Below, one piece after another: positions 41,048 through 50,623 of a DNA stretch of 60,438 bases. The notes beneath the pieces are model-generated. The model was not told where the DNA came from and did no database searches. It was given only the letters and a program-made list of their open reading frames with translations. Every line of letters begins with the position of its first letter. The stretch's first letter is position 1. The DNA comes from an uncultured Traorella sp. (GTDB lineage Bacteria > Bacillota_I > Bacilli_A > Erysipelotrichales > Erysipelotrichaceae): NCBI GenBank assembly GCA_945919165.1, contig CAMEIZ010000001.1, positions 1 to 60,438 on the forward strand, in the 5' to 3' direction. Made by a program: the position numbers and the translations under genes.

Positions 41048-42526
41048 ATGAAATATCTAAGTACTCGAAACGCATCACTCAGTATAAATTCCTCACAAGC
41101 CATTTTAAAAGGACTTTCGGAAGACAGTGGACTTTTTATATATGATAAACTGGATTTTTCTTTGAATCTGGAAAAAATGATAGAGATGAATTATGAACAA
41201 ATTGCTTTTGAAATCATGGCACATTTTTTAAATGATTTTCATGAAAAAGATATCAAGGAAAGCATTCAAGCTGCTTATAGAAATTTTGATGATCCTGAAA
41301 TTACACCTTTAGTCAAAGTCGACGAAAACTATATCTTGGAACTGTTTCATGGACCAACATCAGCTTTTAAAGATGTTGCCCTTCAGATATTACCTCATCT
41401 TTTGAGAAACAGTATGGAGATTACACAGAATGATAATGAAATCATCATCCTAACAGCTACCAGCGGTGATACAGGAAAAGCAGCATTAGAAGGATTTAAA
41501 GATATTGATCATGTGAAGATTATTGTCTTTTATCCATATGACGGTGTCAGTGAGATTCAAAAAAGACAGATGCAGACAACAAAAGGAAATAATGTATTTG
41601 TAATTGGTGTTATTGGTAATTTTGATGATTGTCAAAAAATGGTCAAAGCTTGTTTTTCAGATGAAAAACTCAAACAAGTTATGACAAAGAATCATCAGCA
41701 GTTTTCCAGTGCTAATTCCATAAATATTGGCAGATTGATTCCTCAAATTGTTTATTATGTGAAAGGATACTTAGATTTAGTCAAAAATCATGAAATTGAA
41801 ATGAATGAAAAGATTAATGTCGCAGTACCAACAGGTAATTTTGGAAATATATTGGCAGCATATATTGCCAAACAAATCGGCTGTCCAATTGAAAAACTGA
41901 TTTGTGCTTCTAATGAAAACAATGTTTTGACAGATTTTATTCATTATGGAGTATATAATGCAAATCGAATCTTTAAGAAAACCAATTCACCAAGTATGGA
42001 TATTATTGTTTCCAGCAATCTGGAACGTTTATTGTATCTGTACTGCCAGGATGATGAACTTGTTGAGAATATGATGGAATCTTTAACACGAAAAGGCTCC
42101 TATCAGTTAAGTGATTTGATGCATAAAAAATTAAAGAAAGATTTTTATGCCAGTATGACAACTCAAAAACAAACCCAAGAAATCATTCAAGAAGTTTATG
42201 AACAATATCATTATCTATTAGATCCTCACAGTGCTGTTGCTTATAAAGCTGTGAAGGATTTTGAAAAAGAAAAGATTAATTCCTATAAAACAATGATTTG
42301 TGCCACAGCAAGTCCTTATAAATTTATGGATACAGTGATGAAATCTATTTCGAGTATAAAAGGAAGCGAGTTTGATATGATGGAAGCTTGTGAAAAAATG
42401 ACAGGAGTACCAATTCCAGAAAACTTAAAAAATCTGAAGAATTTCGATATTCTTCATGATCAGAAAATTGAAATCGAGCAGATGAAAGAAACGGTGTATC
42501 GTTGTTTAGGTGAGCAGTATGATTAA
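41048..42526 (+). CDS. thrC: Threonine synthase
   Basis: MKYLSTR, ELFHGPTSAFKD, ATSGDTG, SANSINIGR, PTGNFGN; AAGGAG RBS. Confidence 0.96.
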   Translation: MKYLSTRNASLSINSSQAILKGLSEDSGLFIYDKLDFSLNLEKMIEMNYEQIAFEIMAHFLNDFHEKDIKESIQAAYRNFDDPEITPLVKVDENYILELFHGPTSAFKDVALQILPHLLRNSMEITQNDNEIIILTATSGDTGKAALEGFKDIDHVKIIVFYPYDGVSEIQKRQMQTTKGNNVFVIGVIGNFDDCQKMVKACFSDEKLKQVMTKNHQQFSSANSINIGRLIPQIVYYVKGYLDLVKNHEIEMNEKINVAVPTGNFGNILAAYIAKQIGCPIEKLICASNENNVLTDFIHYGVYNANRIFKKTNSPSMDIIVSSNLERLLYLYCQDDELVENMMESLTRKGSYQLSDLMHKKLKKDFYASMTTQKQTQEIIQEVYEQYHYLLDPHSAVAYKAVKDFEKEKINSYKTMICATASPYKFMDTVMKSISSIKGSEFDMMEACEKMTGVPIPENLKNLKNFDILHDQKIEIEQMKETVYRCLGEQYD

Positions 42527-43376
42527 AGTTACAGTACCGGCAACAACTGCCAATATCGGTTGTGGATTTGATTCCTTAGGATGTGCACTTTCCATGTATG
42601 CTGTCTTTACTTTTGAAAAAAGTGATAAGTTTATTATCAGTGGTTGTGATGCAGCCTATCAGAATGAAGATAATCTGGTACTTCGTTCTTATAAAAAAGT
42701 GTTTGAAAAATTCAAACTTGAAGTCATTCCAGTCAAACTTCATATACAGAGTGAAATTCCTCTTTCTAGAGGACTTGGCAGCAGTGCTGCCTGTATTGTT
42801 GCAGGAATTTATGGAGCAAATGCCATACTGGATCATCCCTTAAGCAAAGAACAGTGTCTTGAGTTGGCAACTTTTATTGAAGGACACCCTGATAATGTTG
42901 CGCCAGCAATTTATGGCAATCTGACAGCCAGTTTTGTATCAGAAAAAGTTTGTTGTACTAGATTTCAATCAGCAGATATTGAAATGCTTGTTATGATTCC
43001 TGATTTTGAAGTATCAACAGAAAAAGCACGAAAAATATTGCCTGCTCAGATCAATTTCAAAGATGCCATCTTTAATCTTTCCAGAGTTGCTTGTCTGTGT
43101 AAAGCATTTGAAGAAAATGATCAAGAAATGATTCATGAAGCACTGCAAGATTGTCTTCATGAACCATATCGTAAAAATCTGATTGATGAATATGATGAAA
43201 TAAAGGAAATCTGCAAAGATGAAACAGCCTTCTTCATCAGCGGATCAGGCCCAACCTTAATCTGTATACCTAAGCATGAAAAAAGAATCATTCAAAACGT
43301 GCAGTCACTTCAACATCATTGGACATGTAAACTGCTTCACATTGAAAATCAAGGTGCAAGGGAGGAAATCATATGA
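42519..43376 (+). CDS. thrB: Homoserine kinase
   Basis: PATTANIG.GFD, PLSRGLGSSAA, EGHPDN, SGSGPT. Confidence 0.96.
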   Translation: MIKVTVPATTANIGCGFDSLGCALSMYAVFTFEKSDKFIISGCDAAYQNEDNLVLRSYKKVFEKFKLEVIPVKLHIQSEIPLSRGLGSSAACIVAGIYGANAILDHPLSKEQCLELATFIEGHPDNVAPAIYGNLTASFVSEKVCCTRFQSADIEMLVMIPDFEVSTEKARKILPAQINFKDAIFNLSRVACLCKAFEENDQEMIHEALQDCLHEPYRKNLIDEYDEIKEICKDETAFFISGSGPTLICIPKHEKRIIQNVQSLQHHWTCKLLHIENQGAREEII

Positions 43377-43804
43377 TAGAGAAATATTTAATCATTGATA
43401 AAAAAATACTGCCGGATTATTTTGAAAAAGTCGTTGACGCGAAAAATCTTGTAAATTCAGGAATGGATGTCAGCAAAGCAGTTAAAGAAGTAGGTATCTC
43501 AAGAAGTACTTATTATAAATATAAGGACTTTGTCTTTACACCTCAGGAAGATTTGACAGGCAAAAAAGCCATTATTTCATTGTTGTTAAAAAATGAAAAA
43601 GGCATTCTATTCGAAGTGCTCAATGATCTGCTTTTAGTCAATGTTAATATTTTAACGATTACACAAAGTATTGTGATCAATCGTCGTGCGAGTGTAGAAA
43701 TTGCCATTGATATGGGTGAAATGCTGGAAAGCATTGATCAGCTTTTGCAGCGGCTATCTGATATGGATGGCGTTGTCAATGTCAGGCTGGTAGCAATTGA
43801 ATAA
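43373..43804 (+). CDS. thrR: HTH-ACT transcriptional repressor (ThrR/PheB family)
   Basis: KVVDAK.L, GISRSTYYKYKD, C-terminal ACT; last gene of the thr operon. Confidence 0.85.
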   Translation: MIEKYLIIDKKILPDYFEKVVDAKNLVNSGMDVSKAVKEVGISRSTYYKYKDFVFTPQEDLTGKKAIISLLLKNEKGILFEVLNDLLLVNVNILTITQSIVINRRASVEIAIDMGEMLESIDQLLQRLSDMDGVVNVRLVAIE

Positions 43805-43825
43805 TAATCTTGTTGTATGATAATG

Positions 43826-43870
43826 AAAAGATGATTCTTGAATATTTGGTATTCAAAAATCATCTTTTTT
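43826..43870. terminator. Bidirectional terminator-like hairpin
   Basis: AAAAGATGATT-C-TTGAATA...TATTCAA-A-AATCATCTTTT. Confidence 0.7.
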
Positions 43871-43898
43871 GAATCAGATTTTAGAAAAAGAACTATAA

Positions 43899-44201
43899 TT
43901 AATCGAAAGGTTTATGAAGATATTTCTTTAAATAAAAATTCAAACCAAGATAAAAAAAGTAAAAAACGATCAAAAGAATAGCTAAAAAACAAAGTATTAG
44001 AGATAAAAAATCAAAATGATATTGATTTCTTAAAAGAAAGGTACATCCTAAAGCAATAACAGGTAAAAAAGGTGTAAGAAAATGAATCATTTTAATTTTT
44101 TTTCTTAATTCATGATCAATCGAATATGTTTTGTTCTTATATAAGAAATCAGAATTTTCATCTTTAGCACATTTAAAGATTTGATTGAAAAATTTAAACA
44201 T
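43899..44201 (-). CDS. Hypothetical small membrane protein (2 TM)
   Basis: AAGGAG RBS and TGTTATAAT upstream; two hydrophobic segments. Confidence 0.6.
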   Translation of the reverse strand: MFKFFNQIFKCAKDENSDFLYKNKTYSIDHELRKKIKMIHFLTPFLPVIALGCTFLLRNQYHFDFLSLILCFLAILLIVFYFFYLGLNFYLKKYLHKPFD

Positions 44202-44693
44202 GGGTTCTCCTTTATATTATAACACTGCAAGCAATAAACTATAAAACTCTCATTAGATTAAGTTAAATTGTAAAGTAATTTAATCACCGTTTTTGATAAG
44301 AATCCCTCCTATCTTTTACATACAAATAATATATGAAATAAAATAAAAATAAATACTATAAAAATAATTATTTTATGATATAATAATAAGAGAAAGATTA
44401 CTGACAGATAATCATGCAATCCAGTCATAAAAATGATGTTTTTAATGATCAAATTTTAAGAAACTAATGATAAATCTATTAAGATCATCTACAATTAAAT
44501 TATATTTATCAGATAATTCTTATTCTTATGTTTTTTTTGACATCATTTTTATATCAAATCATTGTATTTTTGGATAAGAGTGTTTATTTAAGAATATTTG
44601 GGCATGCTTGTAATGTTTCAAAAAAGATAAGTGAGTAGGAATTGATTAAAATTGAAAAATGATTATAATATAAGGACAGTCGGAGGGCGATTT

Positions 44694-45524
44694 ATGGTTG
44701 ATGTTGTGTTGGATGCCATTTTAGATACTGGTAAAATTTTGCCTTTTCTTTATCTATCCTATCTGGTTTTGGATTTTATTGAAAAGCATTCATCATCCTA
44801 TAAGCTGAATTTTTTGTTTCTGAAAAATTTAGGACCTTTGTTTGGCGCTTTATTAGGATGTATACCGCAATGTGGATTTAGTGTAATTGCAGCAAGCCTG
44901 TTTGCTCAAAAAGGGATTACAATGGGAACTCTTGTGGCTTGTTTTATATCCACAAGTGATGAAGCTTTACCGATGTTTCTTTCAAATCCTTCTCAATATA
45001 AACAATTAGGACTATTTCTGATTTTAAAGGTGATCATTGCTGTTTTTGCCGGATATGGCTTGGATTTGTTGATTCATAAAGAAGTGAATGAAGATGATGA
45101 TTTTGAAATTGAAGTAGATGGGATCTGTAATTGTGCTAACAATATCTGGTTAAGTGCGCTTATGAAAACAGCTAAAACGATTTTCTTTATCTTAGTGATT
45201 AATCTGGTATTAGGTGTGGTAATATATTTTGTGAAAGAAGAGAATCTTTCAAATCTGTTAGCCATGCATCATACTTTTCAGCCATTTGTGGCTGCTCTAT
45301 TGGGTTTTGTGCCAAATTGTGCTATTTCAATTCTGTTTGTTCAGTTGTATATGCATTCAGCCTTGAGCTTTGGTGCTATGATTGCCGGACTTTGTACGGG
45401 TGCAGGTGTTGGAATGGCTGTGTTGTTTAAGAATAATAAAAATACGAAGGAAAACTGGACGATTGTCGGTTATATGTTTGTGATAGCTGTATTATGCGGC
45501 TTATTGATTGACTTGTTGATTTAG
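44694..45524 (+). CDS. Putative manganese/metal transporter
   Basis: GCIPQCGFS, STSDEA, GFVPNCA repeat motifs. Confidence 0.8.
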   Translation: MVDVVLDAILDTGKILPFLYLSYLVLDFIEKHSSSYKLNFLFLKNLGPLFGALLGCIPQCGFSVIAASLFAQKGITMGTLVACFISTSDEALPMFLSNPSQYKQLGLFLILKVIIAVFAGYGLDLLIHKEVNEDDDFEIEVDGICNCANNIWLSALMKTAKTIFFILVINLVLGVVIYFVKEENLSNLLAMHHTFQPFVAALLGFVPNCAISILFVQLYMHSALSFGAMIAGLCTGAGVGMAVLFKNNKNTKENWTIVGYMFVIAVLCGLLIDLLI

Positions 45525-45532
45525 GAGGGACT

Positions 45533-46087
45533 ATGAAGCTGATTGTAGGTTTAGGAAATCCTGGAAAGGAATATGAAAAAACTCGCCATAATGCGGGTTT
45601 TATGTGTATTGATCAAGTGGCGAATGCTTTGAATTTTAAGTTTGATACCAAGAAATTTAAGGCTTTGTTAGCAGTTGGAATGGTAAAAGGTGAAAAAGTA
45701 ATTTTGATGAAACCGCAAACCTATATGAATTTAAGCGGTGAAGCAGTTGGCGAATGTGTTCGCTTTTATGATATTGACAGTAATGATATTTGTGTGATTT
45801 CAGATGATCTTGATTTACCGATTGGTAAGATACGTCTTCGTGAAAAAGGATCAAGCGGAGGACAAAACGGATTAAAAAATATCATTCTTCATTTAGGTAC
45901 ACAAGAATTTAAACGAATTCGTATTGGTATCGGTCATAATAAACTAATTGATACCAAGGATTATGTGTTAGGGAAAATCAGTAAGGAAGATCAAAAGATA
46001 TTTGAAGATGCACTGAATCGGGCAAGTCAGGCAGCCGTAGAATTTATTGATCGTCCATTTAATCGTATTATGGGAGATTTCAATTGA
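45533..46087 (+). CDS. pth: Peptidyl-tRNA hydrolase
   Basis: GLGNPG..Y..TRHN.GF, KPQTYMNLSG, RIRIGIG. Confidence 0.97.
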   Translation: MKLIVGLGNPGKEYEKTRHNAGFMCIDQVANALNFKFDTKKFKALLAVGMVKGEKVILMKPQTYMNLSGEAVGECVRFYDIDSNDICVISDDLDLPIGKIRLREKGSSGGQNGLKNIILHLGTQEFKRIRIGIGHNKLIDTKDYVLGKISKEDQKIFEDALNRASQAAVEFIDRPFNRIMGDFN

Positions 46088-49000
46088 AACGGATTATAGA
46101 AAAACTGAGACAGAATCCAGCTGTAGAAGTATTGATGGCAGATGAAAATCAATGCGGAAACCTCTCTGTAATTGAAGAGGCTTTGCTGATTGCCTCAGTT
46201 TATGAACAAAAGAAAAAGAAAATGATGATTGTGAAAAACAATCCATATACAGCACAGAAACTGATAGAAAGGCTGACCCCCCTGACATCAGCACGTGTGC
46301 TGCTTTTCAGCGTGGAGGATTCACTTCGTGTAGAGGCAATTGCTTCTTCACCAGAATCCAAGGCAGTACAGTTAGAAACAATGAATGCCATGCTGGAAGG
46401 AAATGCGGACATTGTTGTGACACATGCCGGAGCTTTGATTCGTTATCTGCCAAGTGTAGATGTTTTTCAACAATGTACACTAAATCTGAAAGTGAATCAG
46501 ACGATTTCATTAGACGAGCTAAAGGAAAGACTTTTTTATGCCGGTTATGAGACAGTAACAAGAGTAGATCAGCCTCTGACAACAGCTTCTCGAGGTGGGA
46601 TTGTCGATGTGTTTTCAATGAATCAGAATGATCCGATCCGTATTGAATTCTTTGATAATGAAATTGAAAGTATTCGTTATTTTGATATAGCGACACAAAG
46701 AACAATTAAAACTGTGAATGAAGTAAAAATAATTCCGGCAACAGATTTACTATTCAGTGAAGAAGATATTGCGTCTATTGTGGAAAAAGGTAATGCAAAA
46801 CTTGAAAGAGCGAAAAAAGATCACACTGAATTTGTGAATGCAGCATTGGACGAAGCTGTTAATCAGGATTTGGATGGCATTATCAATCACATAAAAGAAA
46901 ATCATTATTATCGTTATTTTGCGTTATGTGATCATGAAACGACGATTCAGGACTATTTTAAAGATGCAGTGATTTATCTGTCGAGTGAAGAAGAAGTCAA
47001 AGATAAAATTAAACATATTCAGGAAGAAACCATTGCATATATTCAGGAGTTAGTCAGTGTAGGCAAAGCTTTACCTGTATTTTCATTATTTGCATCATTG
47101 AATCTGGCACTTCAACATCATACTGTTGTAGAATTTCATACTTTCATGGATGCATATCATCCAATCAGCAGCGGTATTCAGTCATTAGATATGGCAGATG
47201 TCTCTTTAGAAGTGAAATTAAATGAATGTATTCTTCAGGCAAAAGAGAATTGTGTTGTTTTGTGTGTGAATGAATCTGAAAAGAAAATGATTGTTTCAAC
47301 ATTTGATAACATGAAACAGAACTATGAGATTCTTGATAAAGAAATGCCGCTCAAGTTAGGAATTCAAATACTTATCGGTGAGCTGGCAGAAGGTTTTCAC
47401 TGTACACGTGAGAAGATAATTGTTTATTCATCAAAAGAATTATTTAATTCAAAAAAAGTAATAGGAAGACATACCAATAAATTCAACAAGGCTGAAATAT
47501 TAACCAGCTATGAACAGTTAAATCAAGGAGACTATGTAGTTCATCAACAGCATGGTATTGGGATGTATAATGGTATTGTAACACGTGAAAGTAATGGTCT
47601 TCATAAAGATTATCTGCAGATTATTTTCAAGGGTGATGATGTATTATTTGTTCCTTTAGAGCAATTTAAATTAGTGCGCAAATTTATCTCAAAGGAAGGT
47701 GCCCGACCAAAGCTGAACAAACTGGGAAGTAATGAATGGTCGAATACGAAAAAGAAGATCAGTGAAAATGTCAAAGAATTGGCACAGCGTTTGGTAGCTT
47801 TATATTCATTAAGAGAAGAAAATATCGGTTTTGCGTTTTCCAAAGACAGTGAAGATCAGAAAATATTCGAGGATTCATTTGAATATGAACTGACAGAAGA
47901 CCAGAAAACAGCCGTTATGGAAATGAAAAAAGATATGGAATCCAATAAACCTATGGATCGTCTGTTATGTGGTGATGTAGGTTTTGGAAAGACAGAAGTT
48001 GCCATTCGAGGCGCTTATAAAGCTGTTCATGATCATAAACAGGTTGCTTTTCTATGCCCGACAACAATATTAAGTCAGCAGCATTGTAAAGTATTCAGAA
48101 AAAGATTTCAAAACGAGGCTGTCAATATCGAAGTACTAAATCGCTTTGTTTCAAGTAAAGATCAGACACGTATTCTAAAAGAACTCAAAGAAGGAAAAAT
48201 TGATATTCTGATCGGAACGCATCGCCTATTAAGTAAAGATGTTGTATTTAAAGATCTGGGCTTTTTAATTATCGATGAAGAACAGCGTTTTGGTGTTCAG
48301 CATAAGGAAAGGATCAAAGAACTGAAAAGTTCAATTGATGTATTGTCATTATCTGCCACACCTATTCCCAGAACTTTACAGATGTCACTTATCGGAGTAC
48401 GTTCCCTATCGCAGTTAGAAACACCACCTAACAATCGTCAAAGTGTACAGACCTATGTATTAGAGAAAAACACAGCCATGATTTATGATATTATCCAACG
48501 TGAGATTTCTCGTGATGGCCAAGTGTTTTATCTATATAACAACGTAAAAAACATTTATTCTGTTGCGAATAAACTGAGAAAAGATTTGGATATCGAAGTC
48601 GGTGTTGTCCATGGACAGATGGAAAAAGATGATATTGAAGATGTCATGATGCGTTTTATCAATAATGAATTTAAAGTATTGGTATGTACTACGATTATTG
48701 AAACAGGTATCGATATCCCTAATGCCAATACGATTATCATTGAAAATGCCGATACATTCGGTCTTTCCCAGCTTTACCAAATCAAAGGACGTGTTGGCAG
48801 AAGTGATCGACTCGCTTATGCTTATCTGTTCTATCAGCCTTCAAAACAGTTGAGTGAAATTGCTGAGAAACGTTTGAAATCCATTAAGGAATTTGCCCAG
48901 CTTGGCAGCGGATATAAGATTGCTATGCGAGATTTAACCATTCGCGGTGCAGGGGATATGTTAGGAGAAAAGCAGGCAGGCTTTATTGATACGGTAGGTA

Positions 49001-49527
49001 TTGATATGTATATTGAAATGCTCAATGATGCGATCTGTGAAGAAAAGGGTCTGACAAAGGCCGTTAATGTTGAACTCAAGAAAACAAATGTTTCAATTGA
49101 TGCTTATATTCCTAAACATTTCAGTGATGAAGATTATGAAAAAATTACTTTTTATCAGAATATTGACAAAATTCAAACAAAAGAAGAATTATTGGCAATG
49201 ATGGAAGAAACAAAAGATACTTTTGGAAAACTCCCGAAAGAAGTTCAATATTTATTTGAAAAACGTCGTCTGGATATATTGGTAAATGAAGAAAAGGTAG
49301 ATTCATTTAAAGAATATCCAAAAGAAGTGGAACTAACCTTCACAAAAGAATATTCAAATCAGTTAGATGGAGTTGTATTGTTTGAGATTATGACATCTAT
49401 TTCCAAAGAAATCATTCTTAGATATACCGGACAAAAAATGAAATTCAAAATTCCAAAAAGAAAAGAATGGCTGGAAATGGTGATTGAAATCATTGAAAGA
49501 AGTGAAGAAGCTTTAAAAAATGCTTGA
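46084..49527 (+). CDS. mfd: Transcription-repair coupling factor
   Basis: [40 protein letters not shown]. Confidence 0.97.
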   Translation: MKRIIEKLRQNPAVEVLMADENQCGNLSVIEEALLIASVYEQKKKKMMIVKNNPYTAQKLIERLTPLTSARVLLFSVEDSLRVEAIASSPESKAVQLETMNAMLEGNADIVVTHAGALIRYLPSVDVFQQCTLNLKVNQTISLDELKERLFYAGYETVTRVDQPLTTASRGGIVDVFSMNQNDPIRIEFFDNEIESIRYFDIATQRTIKTVNEVKIIPATDLLFSEEDIASIVEKGNAKLERAKKDHTEFVNAALDEAVNQDLDGIINHIKENHYYRYFALCDHETTIQDYFKDAVIYLSSEEEVKDKIKHIQEETIAYIQELVSVGKALPVFSLFASLNLALQHHTVVEFHTFMDAYHPISSGIQSLDMADVSLEVKLNECILQAKENCVVLCVNESEKKMIVSTFDNMKQNYEILDKEMPLKLGIQILIGELAEGFHCTREKIIVYSSKELFNSKKVIGRHTNKFNKAEILTSYEQLNQGDYVVHQQHGIGMYNGIVTRESNGLHKDYLQIIFKGDDVLFVPLEQFKLVRKFISKEGARPKLNKLGSNEWSNTKKKISENVKELAQRLVALYSLREENIGFAFSKDSEDQKIFEDSFEYELTEDQKTAVMEMKKDMESNKPMDRLLCGDVGFGKTEVAIRGAYKAVHDHKQVAFLCPTTILSQQHCKVFRKRFQNEAVNIEVLNRFVSSKDQTRILKELKEGKIDILIGTHRLLSKDVVFKDLGFLIIDEEQRFGVQHKERIKELKSSIDVLSLSATPIPRTLQMSLIGVRSLSQLETPPNNRQSVQTYVLEKNTAMIYDIIQREISRDGQVFYLYNNVKNIYSVANKLRKDLDIEVGVVHGQMEKDDIEDVMMRFINNEFKVLVCTTIIETGIDIPNANTIIIENADTFGLSQLYQIKGRVGRSDRLAYAYLFYQPSKQLSEIAEKRLKSIKEFAQLGSGYKIAMRDLTIRGAGDMLGEKQAGFIDTVGIDMYIEMLNDAICEEKGLTKAVNVELKKTNVSIDAYIPKHFSDEDYEKITFYQNIDKIQTKEELLAMMEETKDTFGKLPKEVQYLFEKRRLDILVNEEKVDSFKEYPKEVELTFTKEYSNQLDGVVLFEIMTSISKEIILRYTGQKMKFKIPKRKEWLEMVIEIIERSEEALKNA

Positions 49528-49552
49528 GATTCATAGATGATCAAGCATTTTT
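49516..49552 (+). terminator. Terminator after mfd
   Basis: AAAAATGCTTGA...TCAAGCATTTTTT. Confidence 0.7.
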
Positions 49553-49625
49553 TATTGCAGAATGAATAAAGTGTTTCATTTTAGGGATAATAATAGCAGA
49601 AGAAAAAGTGAAACGGAGAAGTTCT

Positions 49626-50105
49626 ATGAAAGCAACCGGCATAGTAAGAAGATTAGATGATTTGGGAAGACTTGTGATTCCAAAGGAAATAAGAAAACAA
49701 TATCAATTGAAAGAAGGGGATTCCATTGAATTCTATATTGAGAATGAAAAGATTGTTTTAGAAAAATATGATACATTAAGTTCTAAGGAAAATGATATTT
49801 TAAAAATATGTGAAACATTGCAGGAAATATATAAAATACCTGTTTATTTCATTCATCAAAAAGCTTTGGGACATGAAACGAAAGTATTTCAGCGTTTTCT
49901 GGAAAAATGCAATGTGTATCGGAATACGTCTTTCAGAGATGAAAAAATCTTTATCAATGATGCTAATGAAGTCAGCGGAATGATTTATCCAATTGTGATT
50001 GAAGGCTATTGGCAAGGAAGTTTTGTTCTTGTTTCTCCAATAATAAGTGAATTTCCTAAAGTTGAAGCTTTTACTACCTTTTTATCGATTAAATATCAGC
50101 TATAG
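49626..50105 (+). CDS. spoVT: Stage V sporulation protein T-like regulator (AbrB N-terminal domain)
   Basis: MKATGIVRRLDDLGRLVIPKEIR; directly after mfd; degenerate GAF-like C-terminus. Confidence 0.8.
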   Translation: MKATGIVRRLDDLGRLVIPKEIRKQYQLKEGDSIEFYIENEKIVLEKYDTLSSKENDILKICETLQEIYKIPVYFIHQKALGHETKVFQRFLEKCNVYRNTSFRDEKIFINDANEVSGMIYPIVIEGYWQGSFVLVSPIISEFPKVEAFTTFLSIKYQL

Positions 50106-50148
50106 ACTTTCATTTAAAATGTGATACACTTATTTCGAGGTGGTTATC

Positions 50149-50421
50149 ATGCGCTTAGATAAATATCTGAAAGTTGCCAGAATTTCAAAAAGACGAGCTA
50201 TTGGTAAGGAATTAGCAGATCATGAACGAGTTTTAATCAATGGTAAAATAGCTAAACCCAGCAGTGATGTTAAAGAAGGAGATATTCTGACAATTCGTTT
50301 TGGTACAAAAGAACTGGTCATTCGTGTATTGAAATTGGCCAAACAGGTAAGCAAGCAGGAAGCAAGTTTAATGTTTGAAATATTGGAAGAAAATATAAAA
50401 GAAGAATCGGAAATGATTTAG
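50149..50421 (+). CDS. S4 RNA-binding protein YabO/RqcP (Hsp15 family)
   Basis: MRLDKYLKVARISKRR, AKPSSDVK.GD. Confidence 0.9.
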   Translation: MRLDKYLKVARISKRRAIGKELADHERVLINGKIAKPSSDVKEGDILTIRFGTKELVIRVLKLAKQVSKQEASLMFEILEENIKEESEMI

Positions 50422-50623
50422 ATGATAAGTGGTATTCAGAAAATATCACTTTTTTTAAAGCTGTATCTTATCGATCGAATTCATAAATATACAATAAAAA
50501 TGATGAAAAATGTCCCATAAGAAATTTTAGAACATTTATAATAGACTTGTAACGGTACCGCTTACATAAATAATGTGTTATTCACAGTTTTTTTCATGCA
50601 ATTTTTACGAGGAGGTAAATGAA

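Noticed and set aside
44240-44315. Minus-strand AGGAGG followed by ATC and a 12-codon frame
   Set aside because: Possibly a gene remnant, but no proper start codon and too short to support
47577-47592. parS-like TGTAACACGTGAAAGT inside mfd
   Set aside because: Three mismatches break the palindrome
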